Source: Takakia lepidozioides
Taxonomy: Eukaryota > Plantae > Bryophyta
Length of the DNA: 64,000 nucleotides
Direction: 5' to 3'
Assembly: GCA_030704615.1 (NCBI GenBank)
Contig: CM060731.1
Location: forward strand, 35,464,001 to 35,528,000
Shown here: piece after piece, positions 10,680 to 23,717 of the stretch
How positions within the stretch are numbered: the stretch's first letter is position 1
How the letters are laid out: each line of letters opens with the position of its first letter
The notes under the pieces: model-generated
What the model saw: the letters and a program-made list of their open reading frames with translations, nothing else
What the model was told of the DNA's origin: nothing
Databases searched by the model: none
Translations under genes and position numbers: made by a program

Positions 10680-13600
10680 ATGGGTCGGGCAAGCCAAGCG
10701 AAAGCGGAACGGCCCAAAATGATGACCCCGGTGAGCCCGATGGGGCGACGTGTCACCGAGGCGGCCGTTTGAGGAAGCGATGCATGCTTCTGAAATGAGG
10801 CCACGCAAGAGCGGGAGGAATCTGAGAGATCGGAGCCCGAGGAATCCTTGAGAGCTCCGACAACCAACAGATGCCTCCCATGCCGGTAGCCTTTTGGGAA
10901 GGGTTGCTGGCGCAGTTTGGGCGGACATTGAAAGACGTGTTGAAGGCGGCTAATGCCACTTCCACTAAGGCGAAGTTTAAGGTGAAGCCTAAGGAACCCG
11001 CACCTTCGAGGGCGTCCAAAATCGGAAGGCACTCAACACCTGGCTCCTGGAGCTAGAGCAGTACTTCCGGGCGGCCAAATTGAGTGACGAGGATCGGGTG
11101 GAAGTGGCTCCCACCTATTTGAGGGGCTTTGCTCAACAATGGTGGCAGAAAACGCCTTCACGACCGAGGTCCAGCCCGGAAACCTTGAACTGGAGTGGGT
11201 TCAAGGAATTGATGAAGAGACAGTTTGTGCCCCTCAACGCGTCCTGGCTCGCCCGGGACAAGATGAGGAATTTGAAGCAAACAGATGACATTCGGGGATA
11301 TGTCCAGGCTTTCAATGTGTTGTTGCTCGAAGTCGCGGACATGGCAAAACCAGAAATGGTCTTCAACTTTGTGGCGGGACTGGCCCCATGGGCCAGGCGG
11401 AAGTTGGAGGAGAAGCCACCCAAGACTTTGAACGAGACTATTGAGAGGGCTGAATGTTTCTCAGATGTCCCTAGGGGTGAAAGACAAGGCCGTACGGAGC
11501 TGAACCACAAGAAGATTCGGTGGGAAGGTGACTCCTTCCGACCGGAAAAGAAGTGGGATAGGCCACGCGGCGACAATGGCACGTGGAAATCAAAAGGAGG
11601 ACCTTCACAAGTCAAGGCGGCACCCGGCGCTTCGAAGGAAAGCGGGTGGAGCGGCCTATGGCGGACAGAAGACGACCTTTGATGGAGTGTGTTTCAATTG
11701 CGGGGAGCCCGGGCACATGGCCAAGAAGTGCACGAAACCCCGACAATTAAACATGACTCGGGCGACCACGGAGCTGTCGGAAGATACCATCAGTCGCTTA
11801 GTGGAAGCGGTGGTCGCGAGGACTTGCAAGGTAGGCAAATTTTCTTGTGAGTTGTATCAGGAAACGGGCGCCTTACGTAAAATGAGTCAGTTATTGTTCG
11901 TAGATGGGATGATATCCGGAACTAACGTGTCGTTGTTGGTGGACACAGGAGCGTCGCACTCCTTCATGACACCGGCAGCGGCACAAAAAGCTGGGACTCC
12001 CGACAAGTGACGGGGGGCCCCATTGAGGTGCGTTCTGCCAAAGGAGAACCGCAATTGGCGACAAGGTTGGCGTTCGATGTCCCTCTTCAACTGGGGAGTT
12101 GGGAAGGACGTGAGAACTTCACCATCTGCGAGATCGATGGAGTGGATCTCATTTTGGGATGACCTTTTTGAGCAAATCGGAGCGGTCATAGATGGCCGCA
12201 AGAGGGTAGTCACGCTGCCATGTTGGAATGGTGGCGAGGTCTTACGAGTGTCGGAAACGCCCAAATCCGTGGGAGGGCGAATAAACCTTCTGTTAGCAAG
12301 GGAGTGGGCCGTGGAGGAGGCACACGAGCCCCAGTTTTTGCTTTACATTAGAGAAGTGAAGGGAGAAGGCGATGGGGAGCCGAGCCCAGATTGGATCAAG
12401 GGGATTTGGAGAAATACCAGGATGTGATGCCGGAGGATTTACCAAGTGGCTTGCCACCGCGAAGAGGAGTTGACCACAAGATTGAGGTGATACCGGGATC
12501 GGAACCGCCTGCCAAGGCGCCCTACCAGTTGAGCCACAGAGAGTTGGTCGAGCTGAAGACTCAGCTCAAGATCTAATGTCAAAGGGGTACATCCGGCCGA
12601 GTAAGTCACCTTACGGAGCCCCGGTGCTATTCGCAGACAAGAAGGATGGGACGCTGCGGATGTGTCGATTACAGGGCTCTGAATAAGGTGACTATCAAAA
12701 ACCGGTACCCTTTGCCAAGGATCGACGACCTCTTCGATCGGTTGGCAGGAGCGAAGTATTTCAGCCGGATCGACTTGCGCTCCGGCTATCATCAAATTCG
12801 GGTGGCGGAAGGAGATGAGGAGAAGACCGCGTGCAGGACAAAGTATGGTTCATATGAGTTTTTGGTGATGTCTTTTGGGCTCACCAATGCACCCGCGACC
12901 TTTAGCACGCTAATGAACAGCCTTTTTCAGGAGTGGTTGGATGACTTTGTGATCGTGTACATCGACAACATCTTGGTGTACTCGAAAAGAAAGGAGGAGC
13001 ACCTGGAGCACCTCAAAAGGGTATTCCAAAATTGCGAGAAGGGAAGCTGTATGCCAAAGCTTCAAAGTGCGAATTCGGGGTCACAAAAGTGGAGTTCCTG
13101 GGGCATGTGATTACACAGGATGGGATCAAAATGGATGACAGAAAGGTGAGGGCGATCTTGGACTGGGAGCCTCCGACTTCGGTCCCGGGAGTGCGATCCT
13201 TCCTAGGACTCGCCTCCTATTACCGGAAGTATGTGAGAAATTTCGCCAAGATCGCGGGGCCGCTGTCGGACCTTCTGTATAAATCCAAAGTCTGGGTATG
13301 GAACACATTTTGTGGCCAAGCTTTTGAAGCAGCGGATGGCGGAAGCTCCAGTCTTGAAAATCCCGGAGTTCGATCGTCCGTTCGAGATTCATACAGATGC
13401 ATCAAACTTCGCGATTGGGGGTGTACTTATGCAAGATGGACGTCCAGTGGCTTACGAAAGTAAGAAACTGAATGAAGTGGAGCGACGGTGGCCGACGCAC
13501 GAAAAAGAGATGAAGGCGGTGGTGCATTGCCTTGAGCTCTGGCGCCACTATGTTGGTTCCAACCCAGTGAAGGTGTTCACGGACAATGTCACGGTGAAGT

Positions 13601-15208
13601 ATTTTGCCACGCAGCCCAAGTTGTCCCCAAAACAACTTAGGTGGCAAGATACTTTGGCAGTGTTCGACGTGGATATCCAGTACAAACCGGGACGGGACAA
13701 TGTGGTGGCCGATGCTTTAAGTAGAAAGCAGCAGCTCATGTTGGTGCACAGGGGCGAGATGGCGCTCCAAAGGAAGATCTGGAAGGCTTGCCGGAAGGAT
13801 GAGCTTGCGAAGTCCGTGATACATGACTTGAGGATGGGGGTTAAATCGCAGTTCCACTTGCAAAATGGACTGCTCCGGTATAAGCAAAAGCGTCTTTACG
13901 TGCCGAAGAGAGGGATCAGGGATAGTCTCTTGAGAGAATGCCATGATAGCCCGCTTGCGGGCCACGGCGGAGCCAAGTGCACTGCGGCACTCTTGAAGAA
14001 AGAGTATTTCTGGCCCAAACTGAGGGAGGAGGTAGAGGAGTATGTCAAGACATGCACCACATGCCAACAAAACCGGAGCGAGTACAAAAAGCAAGCGGGG
14101 CTGTTACAACCCTTGCCGATTCCAGAGGGGACTTGGGAAAGCGTCTCGATGGATTTCATGACTGCTATGCCGCTGTCAAAAGGATTCGATGCAATCATGG
14201 TGGTGGTGGATAGGTTCAGTAAAATGGGCCATTTCATCCCCACTAAGGAGACGGCAACGGCGCAGGAGACAGGGCGACTTTACTTTCTTAAAGCATCATG
14301 GAATCCCGAAGGATATTGTCTCGGACCGCGATCCAAAGTTTACCAGTAAATTTTGGAGGACACTTTGGAAGAAGATGGGGACGAGGCTGAAGATGAGCAC
14401 CGCCTTCCGACCTACGACGGACAGCCAAACGGAAAGAGTGAATTCCGTAGTGAAGCAATTCTTGCGGAATTACGTGTCGGCAGACCAATCAGAGTGGATG
14501 GAACACTTAGACGCGGCAGAGTTCTGTTATAATAACACAAAACACTCCGTAACGGGAGTTTCCCCTTTCGTATTGGTCTATGGAAAAGCACCTCTGGTGC
14601 CGACAAGTTGGGCCGCCCAGGACGTTGAGGAACTGGCAGTAGCGGAGGTACTAGAAGAACGCGAGCGTTTGTTGAAGCTCGCAAAGTACAACATTGCCAA
14701 AGCTAGGAAACGGTATGAAAGGCAGGCGAATCGGAAGCGGAGGGAAGTGAAGTTTGAGGCAGGCACGGAGGTCTGGTTGAACATCAAGAATTTCCGACTA
14801 CCTCCGGAAGTGAGTCCGAAGTTCGTACCTCCATATGCGGGACCCTTTCGCATTCGGAAGGTTATGAATGAGGATGTGTATGAATTGGAGCCGCCGGCAA
14901 ACAGCAAGGTGCACCCAGTATTCCATGTCTCCCTTTTGACGCCTTACTTCAAAGATGAAGCGCGTCCAAATCGGCATCAAGTGTTGCGTCCGCCACCTAT
15001 GCTATTGGATCATGAAAATGAACCTGAGTACGAGGTGGAGGCAATACTTAAGTCGAGGAGGTTCAAGAACCGAGAAACGGAGTATCTCGTGAAATGGAAG
15101 GGCTATCATCATGTGGAGGCATTTTGGGTGCGTGCCTCAGAAATGGGAAACGCATCCGAGGCAGTTGCAGCGTTCGAAGGGCGACCTCAAAAGCGGAAGA
15201 AACGTTGA
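10680..15208 (+). pseudogene. gag-pol polyprotein (frameshifted as assembled)
   Basis: Zinc knuckle CFNCGEPGHMAKKC, protease LVDTGASHSF, RT (YID[N]ILVYS), RNase H HTDASNFAIG, integrase HHCC and SMDF/SDRD, chromodomain EYEVEAIL..EYLVKWKGY. Confidence 0.92.
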
Positions 15209-16114
15209 TGGGGACATCAACCTTAGAGCGTGGGGGAGGAAATGCATGCTTAGCCCGGTTTAGCTAGCTCAGGAATCCGATTGTAAAAACTTGTATTGTA
15301 CAAAAATTTGTTATAAAGGAAATGGGTTCCAAATATTGTGCGTCCTATTGTGTTTGGAATGGTGATGCATGGTGTGGTTGGCTAGTGTGTAGAATGCATG
15401 CTAGCTTATAAAAGTGGGAGAGGTAAATTGGGTTAATCGTGTGTTTGCGCAGTGCCGAAATCGGGTGACTCCCATCCAAGGGGCAAGGAAACTTGCGCCT
15501 TCTTTGGGAGTTCACGTGCTAGTGCGCACCTGGCGCGTGCGCGTACTATAACTGCGCTACCGAGGGGGTTGCCTTGTAGTGCGGGCTAACGCGGAAGCTA
15601 CGTGCTTCTGTTCACGTACTATAATTGTGTAGCCTCGGGACGAAGTCGTAGTGCGGCTTCGGCGTGTTCCCGTACCTCAGGCCAGCATTCCAAGGCGGAC
15701 CCAATTGTAGTGATTGGGGCGCACGGTTGGTTCAAGGTTATCTTCTTAGTCAAAGAGGGTTCCAGGTGAACCCTTGCTCAAGGTGATGCCAAAAGCGGCA
15801 TCATGAGCGATCGCAAGCAATGTTGTTGCAGTAAGGCGATTCGATCCTCGGGGAGGATCGTCCCTTGGCCTTGAAGTAGGCCAAGAAGAGTGCACTGGGA
15901 GGAGCTGGAGAGGCTCCACCCTTGGCCGGGACTTGGAGAAAGTCGGCCGAATTAGCTAGTGGAAAGTAGAGTCAAGTGTGGGGTTTGGTTCTTTGCCATG
16001 GGACGCCATGGTACGGAAACAAACTCCTTGATGTGGGACGCCACAACTTGGATGTTCGTTTCTATAAAATGGACAAGTCGATGAGGACATCGACTCCCTG
16101 TTGGTAGGGGTGTG

Positions 16115-16841
16115 TGTCGCGGCCCTTTGCCTTGAGGGCAGGGTGTCGGGACACATGAGGGGCTGCCCCTGTGGTGGGGGCAGCGGCAGCGGTAGGTATG
16201 GGGGGCTGAAGCACCCTTGAGTGCCCAAGGCACTCAGGGAAGCGGAGGCGCTCACTAGGTGGAGCCCCGCACACCGGGTTGCGGTGGGGGTGGCTCCACA
16301 AGGGGTGGTGGTAGCTTAGTGGGTTTTAGTGGGGGTGGCATAGGACTCACCATGGGGTGGAGACCTCGTGGTGGGAGTCGTGGGGAGTCTTGGGACTCAT
16401 CACGGCCCAATGGGGCCGTGGTGAGTGGGCCAAGACTCACCGCGACTCACCACCGGGAGTCGAGGGTATTCGTGGTGGTTCACCATAAAATGGCATGGCT
16501 GGTTGTGAAACCCCCGCGGACAGCTACAGAAGTATATATAAGGGGAGTAGTAACCCCGAGAACGGTGGAAGCCCGTTGGTGACCAAAAACTAGTGAGTAA
16601 GCGAGCGAGCCGGAAAGCGACCAAAGAGTGGGGAGCTGTTGCGGACTGCCATCTACCAAAGGGAATTCCCCTAGACCCAAATAGGTGGAGGGTCTTTCGG
16701 GAGAGCGAAGAGGGACCGTTATGTCCCGGTGAGCAGCCGAAGCTCCGAGTTGGCCCGGCGGCCAGGTTGGGAGTCAGGCGCGCGTATCAAAGCGAGTAAC
16801 TATGACTTGAAGGGGAGTTTACCGAAGTGAGGTGCGCGACA
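16115..16841 (+). repeat. 3' LTR, copy 1
   Basis: Preceded by G-rich GGTAGGGGTGTG, followed by TSD CTTGC. Confidence 0.95.
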
Positions 16842-16846
16842 CTTGC

Positions 16847-17208
16847 CTCTTATATATATTTGCTACTAGGAAGTTCCCTAAGAAGCTTCCCCAATGGAGG
16901 TTTCTTGATGGAGAAGTTTCCAAGGTTAAACAAAGGTTTCTTGCTGGAGAAATTTCATTAAACAAAGGTTTCTTGATGGAGAAGTTTCCTTAACCAAATG
17001 AGGTATCTTGATGGAGAAGTTTCATCCAAAGAACGCTTCATAAGTAGTTTCCCAAGTTACTCTCGATAATTTGGTAAACTTCCGGTAACTTGGTAACTTA
17101 CGGTAACTAATGATAAATCATGATAGATCATGGTAACTTTCATAACATGATAACTTGATAACTTCTGGTATTTACTCATGGTAAGTTCATGTGGCTATGT
17201 CCGTAACA
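16847..17208 (-). repeat. 3' LTR of Tcn1-like element, part 2
   Basis: Direct repeat of about 20377-20694, ending CCGTAACA. Confidence 0.85.
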
Positions 17209-17439
17209 TCATCCTCTTATCTAGTGCCGAGTTCCTCGATGAGCGGTAAAATCTTTGGACTTGCTTAGAGTTGGAGAAAATCCAAAATCCGGCGAATACA
17301 AGATACAAGAGTGCTGGAAGTGTAGTTATATATACTGATGGGTGATGTTCATCCGTCCTTGGCGTGTATCAAGTACACTGAATGTAAAGTCTTCATCTTA
17401 AAGCTAACTTGGCTGACATTATCGTAGTGACGTTTTATT

Positions 17440-20029
17440 GACGTATGGCTCGAGGCTTAGCTGGATATCGTAGATGAAACTCTTGGACTTTGTCGAATAC
17501 ATTGGCGAGGTTGGATCAAGGTTCCCACGTTCGTTCACTGATGTCGTAGTCTTTTTAATGTACGAAATACTCAAGACATTTATACTTGATGCCAGAGTTT
17601 AGACTACATCAACTTCATACTCAATTTTCTGATTGACTTCAATCGGTGTAGGTGGTACAGAAACGCCCGGGGATACTTGAGTGATGATACAATTCTAATA
17701 ATGAAACATGAAAGACTGGATGGATGCGCATACTTCATGGGAGTTCAAGCCGAAAACTGACCGGATTTATTTGACGAATAATTTTGAATGGTCCCAGATG
17801 TTGATAATCCAACTTCCTTGATGGTCGCGAGGTTTGTATGTCCCGTCGAAGAAACCTTACACGATCTTCGACCGTGAACTGGGGTTGAAGTTGTCGATGT
17901 TAATCTGTATACTCCTTGTATTGTTTTGGAGCTTCTGCTAGGTGGAATGTAAGCTCCTCCAAATAGATGACAAAATTCTCGAAAGATTTCATTCATCATA
18001 TGCTGAAAAATTATTGGAGCATTTGTAAGACCAAAAGGCATAACACTGTATTCAAAATGTCCATACCTTGTTTGAAAAGTTATTTTCTATTCGTCTCATT
18101 TTTTCATCCGTACAACGTTATGAGCTCATTTCAAATCAATTTTGGTGAAAATCTTTGCTCGTCCCAGCTGGTCGAGAAGCCCAGAAATCAGCGGCAACGG
18201 ATAACGATTCTTAAATGTGACTTTGTTGAGACCGCGATAATCTACACACATGCGTAATGATCCGTCATTCTTTTTCACAAACAAGATAGGTGCCCGCAGG
18301 TGATTTTGAATGTTGGATGAAGTGCTTCGACAAATTATCATCAATGTATTCACGTAATGCAGCCAACTCCATTTAGGATAAGTCATAAGGTCGATGTTCT
18401 GGCAATATGTCTACATTTTTCTTCTCGAAGATATCCTTGAAATCTTGATATTGATCGGGTAATGTTGAAGTACATTTGTCTGTTGTGGTCTTGATCGGAG
18501 TCGCATAAAGTGCAAATGCCGCATCTTTTTTGGTAGCTCTCATGAAAGCTCTAGCTCCAAGGAATAGGGGTTGAACACCTTTGATATTTCTACATTTTTG
18601 TCTTGCAGAAATTTTTCGCGATCGCCAATCGATATCAGGATTGTGAAGTACGAACGAGGAAAGTCCAAGGATCACAGGATTCGTTGGAGACTGGATGACG
18701 TTGAAAATAATATGTGATGTTTGATCTTTAAGCTTCACTTCAAGTGGTCGAGTTTCATGGTCAACATCTCCTGATGCTAACGGTCCATCGATGACTTCAA
18801 CGGGGGCTGAGAGTTACTTCTTTACGAACGTTAAATTGTGTTGCTTTGCAAATTTTTTGTCAATAAAACATGCTGAAGCCTCTAAGTCCAAAAGTGATTC
18901 TACAGATATATCTCAATTTTTGCACTATGATTTTTACTGAGAATGTGAAGCAATGTAAAGGGTCTGGAGGTAGAAAAAGACATTATTTGGTGAAAAATTT
19001 GTGGTGTTCAGCCGCATGGTCCTTACTGTGACTGGACATCTTTGTTTTCCGACCTCCTCGTATCGAACACTTGAGTTGCGCCCTGAGCTTTGAATCTTCT
19101 CTTGTTGGGGCAGTTCAATGTTATGTGATCTTCTTCTCTACAATAGAGGCATAATCCATTCGAACGTCGTCTTTGTTTTTCTTATGGCGTCAATGGCTTG
19201 AATCGGATAACATCAATCTGCATATGATCACTACCGGATGTCTGATGGATCGTTGTGTTTGGTACCGTAGTAGCAACGGCATGATGCATCGTCGACCATC
19301 CAGATCGCTTCTCTTGAACAAACGATTATCGCATGCAATGACTTTGGTGATGAATTCACTCAGTGTGCTCACGTTTGGCATTGTCAGTAATAAATCTTTT
19401 ACATCATCTTTTAGCCCACATCGAAACTGACTAATGAAGCTCTTCTCATTCCAGTTGAGGTCGCACGCAAATTCGGCAGCATAAACGGAAGCATGACGTG
19501 CTCTTTGTCGAAGATTTCGCATCTTTGTCTCTGCAACTTTTTCACTATCATTCTCTCTAAACGTTGCAATGAACTCGGACATGAACGCTTCAAAATTGTA
19601 CAGTAAATGTGGATTTTTTTCTAATAACGGTGCAAACTAAGATAGAGCAGTGTCTGATAGAAGGGTGCCCACGAATCCCACTTGAATACCTTCATCGGGG
19701 TAGCATTGTAAATGTAGTCGTAGGAACAGTTGTACTTGTTGAACAAAACCGCGAAATCTTGATCTCGTCCCATCAAATTTCTCGGGCATGCTGATCTTTG
19801 TTGAAGATGAATCGTTGCAGTATGAGCTATTGCAGCAGGGACTCGTATGGTTGAAGATCCATTGTTCGACTCTTTTAACTCTGAAATTTGTTGTTGCAAT
19901 TTGTGGAGAGCGTTGCCAAGATCTTGAGATTGATTAGCTTGTAATTGGGTGGTAAAGGTACGAAGTTCTTACATCTAGGAGCTGAAGACTCTGCAATGTG
20001 GCGACCATTTCCGCAAATGTGCTTTCCAT
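17440..20029 (-). pseudogene. Decayed gag-pol of the Tcn1-like element (RT 3' half, RNase H and integrase core deleted)
   Basis: Gag (LRQ..ASVYAAEF..FISQFRCGLKDDVKD), protease tail (PVILGLS..HNPDIDW), RT ([24 protein letters not shown]; MPFGLTNAP), then a jump near 17950 to the integrase tail and a chromodomain (EYEVD..EYFVH*KDYDISERTWEP). Confidence 0.85.
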
Positions 20030-20067
20030 CTTAACAAACTAAGGAACAAACTTTAGTCTTATCAAAC

Positions 20068-20694
20068 TTTCAAGGACGTGAATATGACTGAACACAAACA
20101 AGATATCATACTAGAGATACAAGACTAGACAAGAAGTCAAGGTCAACGTGGCCGAATGCATAATGGGTAAACATGAATCAAGATGATCTTTTTAACAATG
20201 GACAAGAGTACAAGATACTGGAACTCGGCTCGAATACTGGAATGCTGCAAACTAGACTGGGGTACCAAATACTGGAAACTGGACTAGAGTATTGGAAGCT
20301 GGACTGGAGTACTAGGACTAGGAACAAGAGTAGCTTGAATTTATGTTGGCGAGACTGAATAGTGTCCAATCTCGCCTCCTTTATATACTGGCTACTAGGA
20401 AGTTCACTAAGAAGCTTCCTCAACTGAGGTTTCTTGATGGAGAAGTTTCCAAGGTTAAACAAAGGTTTCTCGCTAGAGAAGTTTAGTTAAACAAATGTTT
20501 CTTGATGGAGAAGTTTCCTCCAAAAGACGCTTCCTGAGTAGTTTTCCAAGTTACTCTCGATAAATTGGTAAACTCTCGATAACTTAGTAACTAATGATAA
20601 CTTATGATATATCATGATAACTTTCAGTAACATGATAACTTGGTAACTTCTGGTATTTACGCCTGGTAAGTTCTTCTGGGCTATGTCCGTGACA
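20068..20694 (-). repeat. 5' LTR of Tcn1-like element
   Basis: Matches 9605-9908+16847-17208; ends CCGTGACA before the TSD. Confidence 0.85.
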
Positions 20695-20699
20695 TTCTT

Positions 20700-21990
20700 C
20701 ACTTACTTCCTGACCTTCAACAAGCATGTATATTGGATCTCTAGCAGGTCTATTAGGTCCAGCATGTTGAGGTTGAGGAGGTCCGTGTTGATATGCTCTT
20801 TGTTCTTACTCAACTCCTTCATCTTCAGCCATCAATGCCATGATATGCTCCATATCAATTTCCTTGCGAGCAATTATCAAATTATGTAGTAATGCGCAAC
20901 AGGTCACCATATCAGGAACTAGCGTAATATGGAGCTTTGTTTTTCCAATAACTCCCGAAAGATACGTTTCAAGATCCTAAAATGCTCAACTACTGATCGC
21001 CCACGCTTATGTTTTCGGTTGAAAATGACTCAAGAACAGTATGTTGCCCCTCCTTGTGAGGGACCATAATTCACATGAGCAATGGATACCCCTTATCACC
21101 TAATAGATAAGGGGGCATAGCTTCTTGACATCCTCGGTCTGGATGAAACAACTCGCCATACATGGCTTTCCTGTACAATCCAGATTTTCGTAGTACACGA
21201 GCATCATTAACCGAACCAGGGAGCCCAACAAACAGGTCAAGAAATTGTTTATTGTTGTCCACCACAGCTTGCATGACTACACTATACCACCACTTTTGTG
21301 GTAATAGTAATCCTTGGAAAAAGGTCCTGAGGGTTTCAGAATATAGATTTGGCAGCCATCTATGGCGCCATGAACGCTAGGTAGGCCACACCAATTTCAA
21401 AATTCCCTCATCACAGTTTGCATCTTGTCTCCAGTTGCCCATGATATGAGATATCTGAATTTTATATTGATCGCTCTAACGATTTCACGAATCACTAAGG
21501 CCACAGTAGAACGTCCGATAGCAAATAATTCACTGCACATCAAGTAATTCGCTCCCTGGGCTAATTTGTAGATCGTACATGCCACTCGTATTTCAACAGG
21601 AACAACTAATCGATACTTGGTATTTTGTTTTTCTACAAGAAGACACGGTTGCGCTGCAATATAAAAAAGGATGCGCTTGGTCATCCTGAAATGGTGAATC
21701 CATCTTTCATCGTCGTAAGTATCAAGAAGAAAATGCGTAAACCAAGTAGTCGATCGCGGTTTGACCCAATATCCCAGTTCAGCGCCAATGGAACCAATAT
21801 ATATTACATGCTACCCTGAAGTGATGTAAAATCACGGCGTTCATCATCAGCTGTATTTCAAAGGTGACCACATGAAATTGAGGCTCTGTATCTTGAAAAT
21901 TTCCTGCTTCTACAATCTTGAAGACTATATGGATCAAGAACAGCAAAAATGTTGGAGAGAATAGCACGTGGAGAGCAAGCGTATCCATTT
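20700..21990 (-). pseudogene. PIF/Harbinger (HARBI1/ALP1-like) DDE transposase
   Basis: RVACTIYKLAQG..SELFAIGRSTV; QAVVDNNKQFLDLFVGLPGSVNDARVL; YLLGDKGYPL; FNRKHKRGRSVVE; CCALLHN; with stops and frameshifts. Confidence 0.9.
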
Positions 21991-22508
21991 CTATGCAAGA
22001 ACACCTAGCGAAATGAGAGCATCCAGAAAGCAAAAACAAACAAAGAAACAACGCTGGTAGAGCGAGGTAGAGGACCAGATGGGAATGGGAGAGACGACGT
22101 AACACTGAGTTGCCATCCCGCCGCCATCACACCAGGTGTGAATGAGTAGACATGATGGTAGGGCCACCAGGGAGAGCCACGTACCATCAACGCTCAAGTG
22201 TGTACGGGAAGGAGTTTACATGAATGATAACTCAATGTTAAAGGACAACTAAATTAGGGTTTTGTACATGCAGGTAACTTGTTATTAACTCTGGTCTTAA
22301 CATTTTCCTAACTCGAGGTGTGGCCGGAGCTTTAGTGAACAATCCAACAAACTCATTGGATATCCAAAATGATCTGAGATGTTCTCTTGCATGAGTCACA
22401 TGCAGAAATTACAAGCAAAATCAAGCCGCCACTAGGTGAATTCATGTGAAGTATAGTAAGATCTTTGTGTTTTTATTTAAAATGTGGAATATGAATACAT
22501 TTATGTTT

Positions 22509-23403
22509 GACACCTCCCGAAGGAAGCATAAATTATGGTGTCTCTTCACCTCTCGAGGGGTTACTGCCTTCCGCTAGGAGGACACCTTCAAGAATATAAA
22601 TAGATATGAACTCCATCAGACGAAAAGAAGAGAAAAGAACTCTTGTTGAAAACACATCACTTACTGCCTTCCGAATCGTTGAACTTTTTGTAACATTTCA
22701 ACATTATTCCTAGAAGTCGTCACTAGTAGTGTAGAGCAACGCATAAACAACCAAGTTCTAACCTAGTGGTAATGGGCACATGCCACCTTGGAAGTGGTTG
22801 TGGGATCAATCCTCCAATTGGTGTCACAATCGTGGGGGTTGGTACCCAGTGAGCACAGCATGAGCAGAAAAAGCCTGAGCAAGGAAAAAAACAAGCATGA
22901 ACACCATCCACAGTTACAGATGAGACATGTTTACAAACCGAAATAGAAGACATACGCGGACATAGAATATTGCTACATTAATAGGGTAAGTTACATGGTC
23001 TATCAGTATATTTAAACTAAAATCCTATGTAAAACATAAATATTGAATAGTGAAACACTAAGTTTAATATTATAAAATTATAAATAGCAATATTTTGCGC
23101 CATATTTCACCAGCGAAACTTATTCAAAATTTGTGCTCACGCAAGCACAAATCGTACAGTTTCGTTTGCAAAATAATCTCAAAAGAGAATATCGGGAAAA
23201 AGAACTAAAACTAAAACTAAAATAAAAAAATAATTTCGCGTAGCACAATATTTGAGAATCTATAGAATATTCTAGTTTGCTCGCTTGAGCATGTGATGAT
23301 ACCCAACCTCCACAAACGTGTCCAGTGTCCACCTCTTTGTGGAAGACACTACCCCTTCGAGGTCAAGAGACACCATAATTTACCCTTCCTTGGGGAGGGT
23401 GTC
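22509..23403. mobile_element. Non-autonomous TIR element with about 63-bp imperfect inverted repeats, superfamily unassigned
   Basis: 22509-22572 (GACACCTCCCGAAGGAAGCATAAATTATGGTGTCTCTT..) is the reverse complement of 23341-23403; no clear TSD. Confidence 0.7.
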
Positions 23404-23692
23404 TCATATATATATATTGAGTTGCGCAACGGCTCCATCCTTAGCATAAAATAAAATGAATTATGAATATTTATTGGATTGGTAGTACATTGAATTTTTT
23501 TATTTTTTTGTTATTTATACAGTTAATAAAATTAGAAAGCAAATTACGTGCACTTTATTTCATTTTCATTAGAGAACTACCTCAAAATACGGCTGGCAAT
23601 CCATGTAAAGGCAAACTTATGCTTAAAGCATTATAATTTACTATTCTACAAATGACTATAGGTAGTCCTTCATTCAAGCTTCAATTGAATTT

Positions 23693-23717
23693 TATATATA
23701 TATATATATATATATAT
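23693..23717. repeat. (TA)n microsatellite
   Basis: Direct reading. Confidence 0.9.

Larger units (their letters stand above)
9909..16841 (+). mobile_element. Full-length Ty3/gypsy chromovirus (Galadriel-like), copy 1
   Basis: LTRs 9909-10627 and 16115-16841 (TGTCGCG...CGCGACA), TSD CTTGC (9904-9908, 16842-16846), PBS TGGTATCAG at 10630, domain order gag-PR-RT-RH-IN-chromodomain. Confidence 0.97.
9605..20694 (-). mobile_element. Old Ty3/gypsy chromovirus (Tcn1-like), internally deleted, 3' LTR split by a younger gypsy
   Basis: LTRs 20068-20694 and 9605-9908+16847-17208; TSD TTCTC/TTCTT; PPT-like TAAGAGGATGA at 17209-17219; decayed gag, protease, RT 5' part and chromodomain. Confidence 0.85.
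8712..22331. mobile_element. PIF/Harbinger element, right arm, interrupted by two nested LTR retrotransposons
   Basis: ORF1 3' half (+, 8708-9446), DDE transposase (-, about 20700-21990), terminus GGTGTGGCCGGAGCT|TTA at 22331. Confidence 0.75.
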
